Source: an uncultured delta proteobacterium (lineage in GTDB: Bacteria > Myxococcota_A > UBA9160 > UBA4427). Taken from it: a stretch of 64,000 bases of DNA. The stretch spans positions 544,001-608,000 of the forward strand of contig CAWGJT010000005.1 in the NCBI GenBank assembly GCA_963822965.1, in the 5' to 3' direction. Every line of letters starts with the position of its first letter. Positions within the stretch are counted from its first letter, which is position 1. Below, in pieces: positions 9,158 through 18,065 of the stretch. The notes beneath the pieces are model-generated. The model was not told the origin of the DNA. It saw only the letters and a list, made by a program, of their open reading frames with translations, and searched no databases. Position numbers and translations under genes: made by a program.

Positions 9158-10066
9158 ATGACCGGGCACACCCCGCAAGCCCCCGCGCACCATCGTCCGG
9201 CCCGCCGGCCGAGCGAGGCGCCCTTCCTGGGCGTGGGCGTCGGGCTCCGGCCGGTGCACTACGCGGAGATCTTCGAACGCGCCCGCGCCGAAACCCTGGG
9301 CGTCGATTTCTTCGAGATCCTGAGCGAGAACTTCATGGTGCCGGGCGGCAAGCCCCTGCGGATGCTGGACCGGGCCTGCGCGCTGCGTCCGGTGGCTCTG
9401 CACGGCGTCTCCCTCAACGTGGGATCCGTGGATCCCCTGGACGACGACTACCTGGACGAGCTCGCGAAGCTCGCCGAGCGGACGCGCCCGCGCTGGGTGT
9501 CGGATCACCTGTGCTGGACGGGCGTCGGCGGCCATCCGCTGCACGACCTGCTGCCCCTGCCCTATTCCGACGAGGCGATCGAGCACGTGGCCGCCCGGGT
9601 GCGGCGCGTGCAGGAGCGGCTGGGACGCCGCATCGCCCTCGAGAACGTCTCCTCCTACATGAGCTACGCGGACGACGCGATGCCCGAGTGGGAGTTCCTG
9701 GCGCGGGTCGCCGGGGAGGCCGACTGCGGCATCCTGCTCGACGTCAACAACGTCTTCGTGAGCGCCCACAACCACGGCTTCGACGCCCGCGAGTACCTGG
9801 ACGCGATTCCCGCGGAGCGTGTCTTCCAGATCCACCTGGCGGGGCACAGCGAGTCGCCGCCGCTGCTCATCGACACCCACGACCATCCCGTGCGCGACGA
9901 GGTGTGGGACCTCTACGCGTACACCCTGCGCCGCACCGGGCCCGTCACCACCACCATCGAGTGGGACGACCACATCCCGCCCTTCTCGCGGCTGCTGGAA
10001 GAGGTGGAGCGGGCGCGCAAGATCGTCGACCGGCTCTTCACCCACGCGGAAGCGGGAAGACGGTGA
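9158..10066 (+). CDS. DUF692 multinuclear non-heme iron oxidative enzyme (MNIO, BufB-like)
   Basis: GVGLR, LHGVSL, VSDHL, ALENV, LLDVNN, IHLAGH, IDTHD, IEWD motifs. Confidence 0.93.
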   Translation: MTGHTPQAPAHHRPARRPSEAPFLGVGVGLRPVHYAEIFERARAETLGVDFFEILSENFMVPGGKPLRMLDRACALRPVALHGVSLNVGSVDPLDDDYLDELAKLAERTRPRWVSDHLCWTGVGGHPLHDLLPLPYSDEAIEHVAARVRRVQERLGRRIALENVSSYMSYADDAMPEWEFLARVAGEADCGILLDVNNVFVSAHNHGFDAREYLDAIPAERVFQIHLAGHSESPPLLIDTHDHPVRDEVWDLYAYTLRRTGPVTTTIEWDDHIPPFSRLLEEVERARKIVDRLFTHAEAGRR

Positions 10067-10965
10067 AGTCGGTCGAGACCGAAGACGGCCGGCTGGCCGC
10101 CAGCCAGCGGCGCCTGTGGCGGCTCATCGCCTGGCCCGAGGGCGTGGCCGCGGCCCTGGGCGGGGAGCCGCCCGGCACGCCGCCCCTGGACTCCGTGGTG
10201 CGAAGCGACGCGCGTCTCGGCGCCGAGTCACGTCTCGACGTCTACGCCAACGCCTACTTCTTCCGCATCCACGACGTGCTCGCCGAGGACTACCCCACCC
10301 TGCGGGCCGTGCTGGGAGAGACGGACTTCCACGATCTCGTCACGTCGTATCTGGCGGTGCACCCCTCGACCCACCCGTCGCTTCGCTGGATCGGCGGCCG
10401 GCTGCCGGGCTTCCTGCGCGAGCACCCGGCGGCGGCGGGCGTTCGCGCGCGCTGTCCCGTGGCGGCGGACCTGGCGGGCCTCGAGTGGGCCACCGAGATG
10501 GCCTTCGACGCGGCGGACTCCCGGGCCGCCACCCGCGACGACCTGGGCCGCCTGGCCCCCGAGGCCTTCGACGCCCTGCCTCTCCGGCTGCGGCCCTCGG
10601 TACGGCTGCTGCGCCTCGCGTGGCCCGTACACGAGCTTCGAGCCGCCTGGCGCCGCGAAGAGCTCCTGCCCGAGATCGCACCCGGGGAGACGGCCGTGTG
10701 CGTGTGGCGCGGCGGCCCGGCGGCCGAAGGCCGTGGCGCAGACCGCGGAGAGAGCGCCGAGAGCGACGGCCGCGTCATGAACCGGGTCCTCGCCGCGGAC
10801 GAGGCGGCCGCCCTCGAGCGGGTGGCCGCCGGCGTCGCCTTCGGCGCCCTGTGCGAGGTCATCGCCGCGGAGGCAGGGGACGAGCAGGCGCCCGCCCTGG
10901 CGGCGGGCTTCCTCGCTCGCTGGGTCGACGACGGGCTCCTGCTGGGCCTCGAACGAGAGGACTGA
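10063..10965 (+). CDS. DUF2063 MNIO partner protein (BufC-like)
   Basis: RLDVYANAYFFRI..LAEDYP.L, DLAGLEWA, LRLRPS; GTG overlaps the DUF692 stop (GTGA). Confidence 0.85.
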   Translation: MKSVETEDGRLAASQRRLWRLIAWPEGVAAALGGEPPGTPPLDSVVRSDARLGAESRLDVYANAYFFRIHDVLAEDYPTLRAVLGETDFHDLVTSYLAVHPSTHPSLRWIGGRLPGFLREHPAAAGVRARCPVAADLAGLEWATEMAFDAADSRAATRDDLGRLAPEAFDALPLRLRPSVRLLRLAWPVHELRAAWRREELLPEIAPGETAVCVWRGGPAAEGRGADRGESAESDGRVMNRVLAADEAAALERVAAGVAFGALCEVIAAEAGDEQAPALAAGFLARWVDDGLLLGLERED

Positions 10966-11023
10966 GCGGGCCGGCCCGGCGGCCCGGGCCTTCCCGGGCG
11001 CGGCGCCTATATTCTCCGCCCGC

Positions 11024-12256
11024 ATGCAGGCCCTCTCCCGAAGCCAGCCCCGCCTCGAGCGCCACGACCCGCCCTCGCCCGCCGACTACGTGAGCGAGCG
11101 CAACCGCCACGTGGCGCCCGCTCGGCCGGGGGAGTTCGCGCCGGTCTCCATCGGGAGCCTTCCGATCTGGCCGCCGGTGGTGCTGGCGCCCATGGCGGGC
11201 ATCACCAACTACCCGTTCCGCGCCCTGTGCCGGGAGTTCGGCGCCGGCCTCTACGTGAGCGAGATGATCACCGCGCGCGCCCTCGTCGAGCGCAACGCCA
11301 AGACCCTGAAGCTCTCGGGCTTCAACCCCGAAGAGGAGCCGCGCAGCCTGCAGCTCTACGGCACCGATCCCCACTACGTGGGCGAGGCCGTGGCCTGGCT
11401 GGTGGGCGAGAGCCGGGTCGACCACATCGACATGAACTTCGGCTGTCCGGTGCGGAAGGTCACCCGCAAGGGCGGCGGGGCCGCGATCCCCGCCCGACCC
11501 CGGCTACTGGCGCGCATCGTGCGGGCGGCGGTGCAGCGCGCCGGCGACGTGCCCGTCACCATCAAGTTCCGCCTGGGCATCGACGACGACCTGCCGACCT
11601 TCCTCGACGCGGGGCACGTGGGCGAGTCCGAGGGCTGCGCAGCCGTCGCCCTGCACGCCCGCTCCGCCGCACAGCTCTACGACGGCGAGGCCCATTGGGA
11701 GGCCATCGCGCAGCTCAAGCAGGCCGTGCGCACGATTCCGGTGTTCGGCAACGGCGACGTCTGGGAGGCGGGCGACGCCCTGCGCATGATGCGCGAGACG
11801 GGCTGCGACGGCGTCGTGGTGGGACGCGGCTGCCTGGGGCGCCCGTGGCTCTTCCGCGACCTGGCGGACGTGTTCGACGGAAGGCTTCCCCAGGTGCCGC
11901 CGCGCTTCGGCGAGATCGCGGCCGTCATGCGACGCCACGCGGGCCTGCTGGCCGACTGGTTCGGCGAGCGGGTGGGGGTGCGCTCGTTCCGCAAGCAGGC
12001 GGTCTGGTACACCAAGGGCTTCCCGGGCAGCCCACAGCTGCGGGGGCGACTCATCCAGGTGTCCACCCTGGCCGACCTCGACGAGGCGCTCGCCACCGCC
12101 GACCCCGACGCGCCCTTCCCGCCCGAGGCCATGCGCATGAAGCGCGGCAAGAAGGGGGGCCGCCAGCGGGTGGCGCTGCCCGAGGGCTACCTGGAAGACC
12201 GTCTGTCGGATCTTCCCCCCGGCCCCGAGGCCGAGGACGCCATCTCCGGTGGCTGA
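11024..12256 (+). CDS. dusB: tRNA-dihydrouridine synthase B
   Basis: LAPMAGITN, IDMNFGCPVRKV, ALHAR, GNGDV, GRGCLGRPWLF. Confidence 0.92.
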   Translation: MQALSRSQPRLERHDPPSPADYVSERNRHVAPARPGEFAPVSIGSLPIWPPVVLAPMAGITNYPFRALCREFGAGLYVSEMITARALVERNAKTLKLSGFNPEEEPRSLQLYGTDPHYVGEAVAWLVGESRVDHIDMNFGCPVRKVTRKGGGAAIPARPRLLARIVRAAVQRAGDVPVTIKFRLGIDDDLPTFLDAGHVGESEGCAAVALHARSAAQLYDGEAHWEAIAQLKQAVRTIPVFGNGDVWEAGDALRMMRETGCDGVVVGRGCLGRPWLFRDLADVFDGRLPQVPPRFGEIAAVMRRHAGLLADWFGERVGVRSFRKQAVWYTKGFPGSPQLRGRLIQVSTLADLDEALATADPDAPFPPEAMRMKRGKKGGRQRVALPEGYLEDRLSDLPPGPEAEDAISGG

Positions 12257-12947
12257 CCGCCGCGCGCTTCCCCGCCGCCCGGCCGCCCTCGCAGCGCTCG
12301 CCGCCCTGGGCTGCCTCGCCTCGCTCGCCGTCGGCTGCCGCACGTTCGAGATGACGCACGTCCAGCGCTACGAGGGAACCGTCCTGCCGCATCCCATCGT
12401 GATGCGCGTCTACGACTTCGACAGCGAGGGCGCCCGGGTCTCCCTGGCCGACCCCCTGGCCTCGCCGGAGGAGACGGCACGCGAGATCGGGCACGCCCTC
12501 GCCCTGGTGCTGGTCGACGATCTGGGCGAGCTCGACGTGGTCGCCGACGCGTACAGCGGCCCCATCGAGGTGCCCGAGGACACCCTGGTCGTGCAGGGAC
12601 AGCTCGTCTCCGTCACCGAGGGCAGCGCCGCCGGCCGGGTGCTCGTGGGCTTCGGCCACGGCGAGAGCGAGATGGAGACCCTCGTCCGTCTCTACAAGGG
12701 CACGCCGGACGGGCCGGTGGAGATCGCCGCCTACCGTACCCGCGTCTCCAGCGGCAACGAGCCCGGCATCCTGACCACCCTGCCCCTGGGCATCCTCTAC
12801 CAGAGCCTCGCCGCCGTCGGACGCACCGCCACCACCACCCGCGACACCGAAGCTCTGCCCGCCGGCATCGCCGCCGACCTCCGCAGGACCGCCCACGAGT
12901 GGGCCGTCACCCTGCACGCCATCTCGTTGAACGAGACCTGGTTCTAG
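12249..12947 (+). CDS. Putative lipoprotein (DUF4410-like)
   Basis: Lipobox LAVGC; VYDF and EGS...RVLVGFGHG.S pattern. Confidence 0.6.
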   Translation: MADRRALPRRPAALAALAALGCLASLAVGCRTFEMTHVQRYEGTVLPHPIVMRVYDFDSEGARVSLADPLASPEETAREIGHALALVLVDDLGELDVVADAYSGPIEVPEDTLVVQGQLVSVTEGSAAGRVLVGFGHGESEMETLVRLYKGTPDGPVEIAAYRTRVSSGNEPGILTTLPLGILYQSLAAVGRTATTTRDTEALPAGIAADLRRTAHEWAVTLHAISLNETWF

Positions 12948-13054
12948 CCAGGGAGCTGCCAGGGCCGCCTGGGGTCGCAGGAAGCGCGAGCTGGCGGAGG
13001 GGTACGCCGGGGCGCATCCTCTCGGGAATCCCGTCACCGAATCGGAGAATCACC

Positions 13055-13489
13055 ATGGGTCTCTTGCAGGACGTCACGCCGATCAACGACCAGCTCGCCG
13101 ACATCATCGTGCGCTCCACCGATCCCTGGATCGAGATGGAGAAGGACATGGCCTGGATCAAGGTGCTGTGGACGGGCGAGGAGTCGGGGCGCTGGGCGGC
13201 GCTCTTCCGCTGGAACAAGGGCTACGTGGCCGCGCCCCACAAACACCTGTCCGCGGCGCACACGTTCATCCTGAAGGGCAAGCTGCAGGTCCGGGACGGC
13301 GTCCTGAACACCGGCGACTACGACTACGAGCCGAACGGCGTGCTGCACGGCGCGACGACCGCCCTCGAAGACACCGAGTACCTCTTCATCTGCGACGGTC
13401 CGGTGCTCTTCTACAACGACGACGGCCTGCAGTCCTATCTCGGCTGGGAAGAGCTGCACCGCATGCGCGAGGCCGCCCGGCAGGGCTGA
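13055..13489 (+). CDS. Cupin domain protein (ChrR-like/2,4'-dihydroxyacetophenone dioxygenase family)
   Basis: PHKH...HTFILKG and GDYDYEPNGVLH cupin motifs; GGAGA RBS. Confidence 0.8.
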   Translation: MGLLQDVTPINDQLADIIVRSTDPWIEMEKDMAWIKVLWTGEESGRWAALFRWNKGYVAAPHKHLSAAHTFILKGKLQVRDGVLNTGDYDYEPNGVLHGATTALEDTEYLFICDGPVLFYNDDGLQSYLGWEELHRMREAARQG

Positions 13490-13544
13490 CGATCCGGTCG
13501 GGTCGGCTCGAGATGGCCTGCCCGCAATCCGCGCTCGGTGCGGC

Positions 13545-14435
13545 CTACGCGCCGAGCACCTCCGCCACGCGGTCCACCTCGTCGGGGTCGAGGGTCGTCG
13601 GGATGAGGAAGAGCTCGTCGGCGCCCGCGTCCTCCATGGATCGGATCCGGTCGCGCAGGGCGTCGGCCGTCCCCGCGAAGCCGGCGCTGGCGGCGAGGGC
13701 CTCGCGGGCCTCGGGCACCCAGTTGAAGTAGCGGTGCAGGTGGGTGCGCGCCTGCTCGCGGGGCTTCTCGCCCTCCCCCACCGCGAACCAGGTCGCGACG
13801 TCGAGGATCGGTCGCGTCTCCCGGCCCGCCTCGCGCCAGCAGCGCACGGCGCTCTCGAAGGCGGCCTTCGCCTCCGCGGGGCTCGCCGTGACGGCCATCC
13901 CCAGGATGCCGTCCGCCCAGCGCGCGGCGTTGGCCAGGCTCCTGGGCCCGAGGGCGCCGGCCAGGATCTTCGGCCCTCCCTTCTGCACCGGCAGGGGCTC
14001 CACCGGACGCAGCACGCCGGGGACGACCTTCTCTCCCGCCCACACCCTGCGCATGGTTCGCACCGTCTCCTCGAGCCCGGCGATGCGCTTGCGCGAGAGG
14101 TCCGCGCCGATGGCGAGGTAGTCCTCGACGCGACCGCCCGTGCCGACGCCGAGCACCAGACGGCCGCCGGAGAGCACGTCGATGGTTGCGTACTGCTTCG
14201 CCATGAGCACCGGGTCGTGCATGGTCACCACCGCCACGGACGCCACGATCTTCACGCGCTCGGTCAATGCCGCGCAGGCGCCCATCAGCGCGACGATGTC
14301 CGGTGTCGGGAACGCGTTGCGCTCGCCCAGGGCCAGGCTGTGGAAGGGACCCGCCTCGACGCGGCGGATCCACTCGAGGGCGATCTCCCGTGTCCAGCCG
14401 GGCTCCGTGACCGGCAGGGTCATTCCGACCTTCAT
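13545..14435 (-). CDS. LLM class flavin-dependent oxidoreductase
   Basis: MKVGMTLP, AKQYATIDVLSGGRLVLGVGTG; alternative coupled GTG start at 14447. Confidence 0.88.
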   Translation of the reverse strand: MKVGMTLPVTEPGWTREIALEWIRRVEAGPFHSLALGERNAFPTPDIVALMGACAALTERVKIVASVAVVTMHDPVLMAKQYATIDVLSGGRLVLGVGTGGRVEDYLAIGADLSRKRIAGLEETVRTMRRVWAGEKVVPGVLRPVEPLPVQKGGPKILAGALGPRSLANAARWADGILGMAVTASPAEAKAAFESAVRCWREAGRETRPILDVATWFAVGEGEKPREQARTHLHRYFNWVPEAREALAASAGFAGTADALRDRIRSMEDAGADELFLIPTTLDPDEVDRVAEVLGA

Positions 14436-14443
14436 GCGACCGC

Positions 14444-15265
14444 TCACCGCGACGCGCCGCCGGTGACCAGGAACTGCGGCAGCACCAGCAGGTAGGTCTC
14501 CTCCGCGACCGCGCGCTTCACGTCCTCGACGAAGCGGTCGATCTCCGCCGCGTCGAGCTTCCGGGACTCGCGCGCGTACTTCGCCATGTTGAGCAGAATC
14601 GGCGCCGCATGTCCCTTCGTGTCGGGTCCGGTCAGCACCGCCACCCGGACGCTCTCGAAGCCGGCCGCGCGCATCAGCCCGTAGAGCTGCCGGCCGATGA
14701 GCGGCGTGCGATACGCGATGCTCGCCGCCTCGAAGATGCGGGACAGCCGCTCGGGGCCGATGGGCTCGACGGCGAGCATGCCCCAGTCGCTGTCCGTGGC
14801 GTGGACGAGCCCCTCGGGCCGCAACACCCGGCGGAAGTCCCGCAGCGTCGAGACCGGATCGTCCACGTACTCGAGGACGTTCTTGCAGACCACGCGGTCC
14901 ACGCTCGCATCGGGGAGCGGGAGTGCGTCCTTCTCGATGCGGTGGAAGCTGACGCGGTCGCGAACGCCTTCCCGTTCGGCGTGCTCGGCGGCGCGCTCGA
15001 GGAACATCTCGTTGATGTCCACGGCATGGACATGCCCGGTCGGGCCCACCCGGCGCGCCAGCTCGAGGGAGAGCATGCCGGGCCCGCACCCGTAGTCCAC
15101 CACCACGTGCCCCTCGCCGATCTCTGCGGGCTCGAGCATGGGCGCCATGTGCGGGCGCCAGCGGAACATCTCCTCGTAGGCGCCCACCCGATCGGGGTCG
15201 ACCTCGAGCCAGTGGTCGCGGTAGTACGTCTGGGACTGCACGGGGACTCCCTTCCGCTCGGGCAT
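14444..15265 (-). CDS. Class I SAM-dependent methyltransferase
   Basis: VVDYGCGPG motif I, LPLPDASVD, RVLRPEG. Confidence 0.88.
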   Translation of the reverse strand: MPERKGVPVQSQTYYRDHWLEVDPDRVGAYEEMFRWRPHMAPMLEPAEIGEGHVVVDYGCGPGMLSLELARRVGPTGHVHAVDINEMFLERAAEHAEREGVRDRVSFHRIEKDALPLPDASVDRVVCKNVLEYVDDPVSTLRDFRRVLRPEGLVHATDSDWGMLAVEPIGPERLSRIFEAASIAYRTPLIGRQLYGLMRAAGFESVRVAVLTGPDTKGHAAPILLNMAKYARESRKLDAAEIDRFVEDVKRAVAEETYLLVLPQFLVTGGASR

Positions 15266-15282
15266 TCGACCGGTTCGCTTCG

Positions 15283-16044
15283 CTACGAAGGCCTCGGCAC
15301 GGCGGCGTTCAGGGCCTTCGCGTCCGCCGAGGCGTTGAGCCGTGCGAACAGCCGCCCCTCGAGTGCGAGTCCCTCGGAGAGCGGAAGGCGCAGCCCTCGA
15401 ACGACGGCCTGCTTCGCAGCGAAGAGCGCCGGAGCGGGGTGGCGTGCCATCCGCTCACACCACGCCACCGCGCTCTGCGCGAACCCCTCGGTGGGCAGGA
15501 CCGCGTTCAGCAGGCCGATGCGAAGCGCCTCTTCGGCGTCGATCACCCGCCCGCTCAGGCACAGCTCGGCGCCGACACCGGCGCCGACGAGTCGGGGAAG
15601 GCGCTGGGTCCCGCCGGCCCCCGGGATGATGCCCACGGACACCTCGGGTTGACCGAGGTGCGCCCGCTGCGAGCCGATTCGCAGGGTGCAGGCCAGCGCG
15701 GTCTCGCAGCCTCCGCCCCAGGCCTGTCCGTCGATCGCCGCCACCGTGGGCTGGGGCATCGTCTCGAGCAGATCCAGGGCCCGGCTCCAGGATCCGAGAT
15801 CACCGCCCACGTCCTCGCCGCGGGCAATGCGCGCCAGGTCGTCCAGGTCCGCATGGGCGATGAAGTAGCCGTCGACGCCGCCCGTCAGCATCACGACGGA
15901 TACCTCGTCGCTTTCGGCAGCGAGCCGCTCGAGATGCGAGACCAGCTCGCTCATCGAGCGCACGTCCATCCAGTTGCGGGGCGGACGGTCGAAGGTGAGG
16001 ACCGCGATCCGACCCTCGCGCGATTCGATCCAGCTTCCGGCCAT
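15283..16044 (-). CDS. Enoyl-CoA hydratase/isomerase family protein
   Basis: AAIDGQAWGGGCE, GQPEVSVGIIPGAGGTQRLPRLVG. Confidence 0.92.
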   Translation of the reverse strand: MAGSWIESREGRIAVLTFDRPPRNWMDVRSMSELVSHLERLAAESDEVSVVMLTGGVDGYFIAHADLDDLARIARGEDVGGDLGSWSRALDLLETMPQPTVAAIDGQAWGGGCETALACTLRIGSQRAHLGQPEVSVGIIPGAGGTQRLPRLVGAGVGAELCLSGRVIDAEEALRIGLLNAVLPTEGFAQSAVAWCERMARHPAPALFAAKQAVVRGLRLPLSEGLALEGRLFARLNASADAKALNAAVPRPS

Positions 16045-16110
16045 GCCGGGAGTCTAGACGAGTCCCGGCCGACCCGGGCGCGGCAGGTCGAGGTGTCTTG
16101 GGTCAGGCTG

Positions 16111-16770
16111 CTAGCGACGCTCCGCGATCAGCACCTCGGACGTGACGCCGAAGGCCACCAGCTTGTCGTGGTGTCGGACCTGCCAGCCGGATTCCGGCAG
16201 CAGGGGCAGGAGATCGATGGGCCGGCAGCCCCCGACCGCGGCGGGTCGATGCCGCTGGAGCCAGCTCCAGGCTCGGGCGACGGCACGCGACACCGGTCCC
16301 ACCCCGGTGGAAAGACCCGAAAGACAGAGCAGCCCGCCCGGACGAAGCATGCGGTGCGCCTCCAGCAGGACGGCCCGGATGTCGGCCTCGGAGAGGAGGT
16401 CGAAGACGTAGTTCGAAACGAAGCGATCGTAGGCCCCCGACGGCTCGCCCGCCGGCGGATCGCCTTCCGTGAGCAGCACCTCGGCCCGCCCGGAGTACGG
16501 CGCCAGGCGGGCCTGGGCGAGGGAGATCATCCTCGGGCTCAGGTCCACGCCGCGGTAGTGCGCTTCGGGCGGCAGAAGCTGGCCGAGCAGGCGCGATGCG
16601 AAGCGCCCGGTGCCGCAGCCGAACTCGAACACCGCGGTCGCAGCCCCGAAGTCTCCCTGCTGCAGGAGCCGGTTCGTGGCGCGGTCTTCGTAGAAGGACT
16701 GGGTGTCCTGAAGCGAGCCGATGCGATCGTAGGCTCTTCGGGCTTCCTGGCGGGACAGGATGGTCGACAT
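16111..16770 (-). CDS. Class I SAM-dependent methyltransferase
   Basis: VFEFGCGTG, GVDLSPRM, MLRPGG; GAGGAG RBS before ATG 16770. Confidence 0.85.
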   Translation of the reverse strand: MSTILSRQEARRAYDRIGSLQDTQSFYEDRATNRLLQQGDFGAATAVFEFGCGTGRFASRLLGQLLPPEAHYRGVDLSPRMISLAQARLAPYSGRAEVLLTEGDPPAGEPSGAYDRFVSNYVFDLLSEADIRAVLLEAHRMLRPGGLLCLSGLSTGVGPVSRAVARAWSWLQRHRPAAVGGCRPIDLLPLLPESGWQVRHHDKLVAFGVTSEVLIAERR

Positions 16771-17014
16771 GATCTCGGCTCCTCGAGCGGCGTCCGTGGA
16801 TCCGACATGCATCCGGAGGCTAGAGGCTCGGCCGGAAAGTGTACCGCGGCACCGAGAGCGTCATCTGCCGCGTCCTGGCAAGGCGCGCGACCAAGGTCGT
16901 AGCCGAGGCTACGGGGATGGGAGCGGAACGCAGCCAGGGCGTCGCAGGGGCGCTCGAATGCAGGTCGCACTTTCCGGCCGGGCCTCTAGCAGGGCGCGGG
17001 GCTCGATCCTCGCA

Positions 17015-17891
17015 TCACAGCACCCACGCCAGCACCAGGGGCAGGGTCACCAGCGAGATCAGCGTCGAGAGAACGACCAGGCTCGCGACCTCGCTGGGAG
17101 AGCGCTGGTACTTCTCGGCCAGCAGGTAGTTGAGGACGGCGACGGGCATCGAGCAGTCGAGGATCAGGACGCCCCGGGCGGCGCCCGTGAGGCCGAGCAG
17201 CCGGGACAGCGCGACGCCCACCGCGAAGCCGAGCCCCAGGCGCAGCAGCGCCAGGGCGACGTTGCGGGGAACGGCGGCCAGCTCGAGACGCTGGAGGCTC
17301 ACCCCCAGGGAGAACTGCATGAGCGGAATCGTGAAGGCGCCGAGGAGCTCCGTGCTGCGCAGGATCCAGAGGGGAACCGTGGCGCCCGTCGCGAGGATCA
17401 CGGCCGCGACGAGCACGCTCCACGCGAGCGGCGTGCGCAGCAGCTCGCCGCCCGAGACGCGCCCGCTCCAGATCCAGATGCCCGCGCTGTACTGGCTGAA
17501 GGCGGCGACGGCGTAGAAGCAGATGGCCAGGGCCAGCCCTTCTTCACCGAAGGCGAAGAAGCACACCGGCAGGCCCATGTTGCCGGCGTTCGGGAACACC
17601 AGGGGCGCCGAGGAAGGTGGCGACGGGCAGGCCGGCGAGTCGCAGCACCAGCGCCCCGATCAGCGCGAAGGACGCGAAGGCCGCGAGGGTCGCTCCCACC
17701 ATCTGCAGCAGCGCCGCCGGGTCGACCTTCATCCCCACCAGGCTCGAGAAGACGAGGCAGGGGGCGCCGATGGTCATGATGAGCTCCGTGATGAGCTCCA
17801 TGTCCCAACGGCGTCCGACCCGACCCCAGCCCCAGCCGAGACCGATGGCGACGTAGATGGGCGCCACGATGGAAAGCAGCTCGCCCGGCAC
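17015..17891 (-). CDS. AEC (auxin efflux carrier) family transporter, one frameshift near 17609
   Basis: N-part in one frame (LLSIVAPIY...PCLVFSSL), C-part FPNAGNMGLP...MPVAV; length 3n+1; GGAGGA RBS. Confidence 0.8.
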
Positions 17892-17936
17892 GGCTCCTCC
17901 ACGGGGGACGCCCGCGTACGCACCTCGTGCAACGCT

Positions 17937-18000
17937 CACCCGCGACGCCCGACCTGCGGCGCCCACCCGCGACGCCCAACCTGCGGCGCCCACCCGCGAC
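17937..18000. repeat. 27-bp tandem repeat, about 2.4 copies
   Basis: CACCCGCGACGCCC(G/A)ACCTGCGGCGCC at 17937, 17964 and a partial copy at 17991. Confidence 0.9.
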
Positions 18001-18065
18001 CGTAGCAGGACGACATTCGCGATAGACTCCCGCTTCGCGAGGCGCCGGACACCGAGGAGAAGCGC

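Noticed and set aside
17937..18000. Possible CRISPR array
   Set aside because: Repeats are directly adjacent with no spacers; no cas genes
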